Shown here piece by piece: positions 62,856-64,000 of a stretch of 64,000 nucleotides of DNA. The notes beneath the pieces were generated by a model that was not told the origin of the DNA, made no database searches, and saw only the letters and a list, made by a program, of their open reading frames with translations. The stretch is taken from contig CM052832.1 in assembly GCA_028534125.1 (NCBI GenBank), positions 11,534,001 through 11,598,000 of the forward strand, in the 5' to 3' direction. The DNA comes from Lama glama. Lineage: Eukaryota. The stretch's first letter is position 1; every line of letters begins with the position of its first letter. The position numbers and the translations under genes are program-made.

Positions 62856-64000
62856 TCTGCAGAGGCTCGCGCCCATCTCACCACAGGTGCTTCTGTGGCA
62901 TTCATTTGAATTCCTGTAAACAGAATTGGGAAATCCCAGGAACTAAAACACGTTTAATCACCCTGGTTTACTGCCCTTCCCTGGGTGACTCAGCAGTAGG
63001 AAAATCACAGCTGAGTGACCCCGGAATGAAATCCGAAAGGGAGAGTGAGGCTAGAGGCTGCTGTCCGCGGCTGGTCTCCTCCACACCAGTGGCTGCTCTC
63101 AGCCGGTCACGGGCAGCCCCTGAAGCCGCTGACAGGGCCGCTGGAGCCCCCGGGGGTAGGAGGACGCCCAGCCCCCGGGGAGCCCCCACCTCAAGGCTGG
63201 GCCTTAGATCCAGGCAGGATCTAAGGGGCCAGGGCACAGAAGTGGAAGTCTGGGTGGTCTGAGGAGAGTCACCGGCTGCCCAGGGCTTCTGACTTCTGCC
63301 CTTTCAGACACACAGCAGTCCCCTCAGCTGGAGGCCCTCCCTCTCCTTCCAGGGTGCCACGTCCTGCTCTCCTTCAGCCCCGTCTGGCCCCTCAGAGCTG
63401 CCACCACACCCTCTGTCTGAGCCCCCTTGCTGACACCTCACTGATGTGGGGTAGGTGGGGGCTTGTGTCCTTTATTCTCATCTTAGACCCTCAAGCCTCC
63501 AGAATAGGTGTTTTAACTGCAGCAGAATGGGCCCAGTCCTTAGGAAAACATGAAAGAGGAAGGGAGGGAGGGAGGGGGGAAGCAGGGAAGGAGAAACTAG
63601 AACCCAGACTCTGTTTTCTTGGCAGAAGTAAGAGTTCAGGGAACGTCCAGCCCCACTCCCTTTCCCTGGGAAGGTGGAGGGGACATACCTCCCTGAGCTG
63701 AAGGAGCCTTAGAAATTTCCTAAAAGTGAGGCCCAGCAAGGGAAAGGGGCCTGTACCAGGATCCACTGTCTCCCTTCCTCTGCCTGACTCTCCAACCTTG
63801 TCCCCAGACCCTGGGTTCTGGGCCAGCCTGTTCTGTTCTCACTCCAGAGGGTAGGGCAGTGTGGCTGTGGCAGTGGCCGACTAGCTCCACCCAGGGTCGG
63901 CTCATTTCATCACCTGGAAAGCCTGGCCAAGGCTTGCAGCTTCTGAGGCCCAGGGAAAGCTGTGCTTGGCAAACGCAAAGCCACTTGATCCCCATCCCAA

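Overview
Mammalian genomic DNA, most likely a camelid: it carries two tRNA-Ala-like SINEs with the camelid Vic-1-type head and tail, I saw no Alu or Bov-tA elements, and KCNK17 is intact, which argues against mouse or rat. The + strand carries the last six coding exons of KIF6 (3369-21850), then two tandem alkaline-activated two-pore K+ channel genes: KCNK16/TALK-1 (5 exons, 29328-35515, 294 aa) and KCNK17/TALK-2 (5 exons, 37371-50584, 344 aa). The rest is intronic or intergenic and rich in MIR, L2, L1M, MaLR and MER elements. Most ORF-track entries are spurious. The most unusual observation is that the codon matching the human KCNK17 start ATG is AGG here. This creates a textbook-looking splice acceptor in phase with a latent donor just after TM4 of KCNK16, so a 591-aa tandem TALK-1/TALK-2 read-through protein is possible on paper. 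Other notable points are a ~345-bp inverted duplication in KCNK17 intron 4, an LTR-derived cryptic KIF6 exon with an in-frame stop, loss of the TALK-1a splice donor, and an LTR-supplied poly(A) signal for KCNK17. Comparisons with human proteins are from memory, not from a search. Repeat boundaries and subfamily names are approximate.
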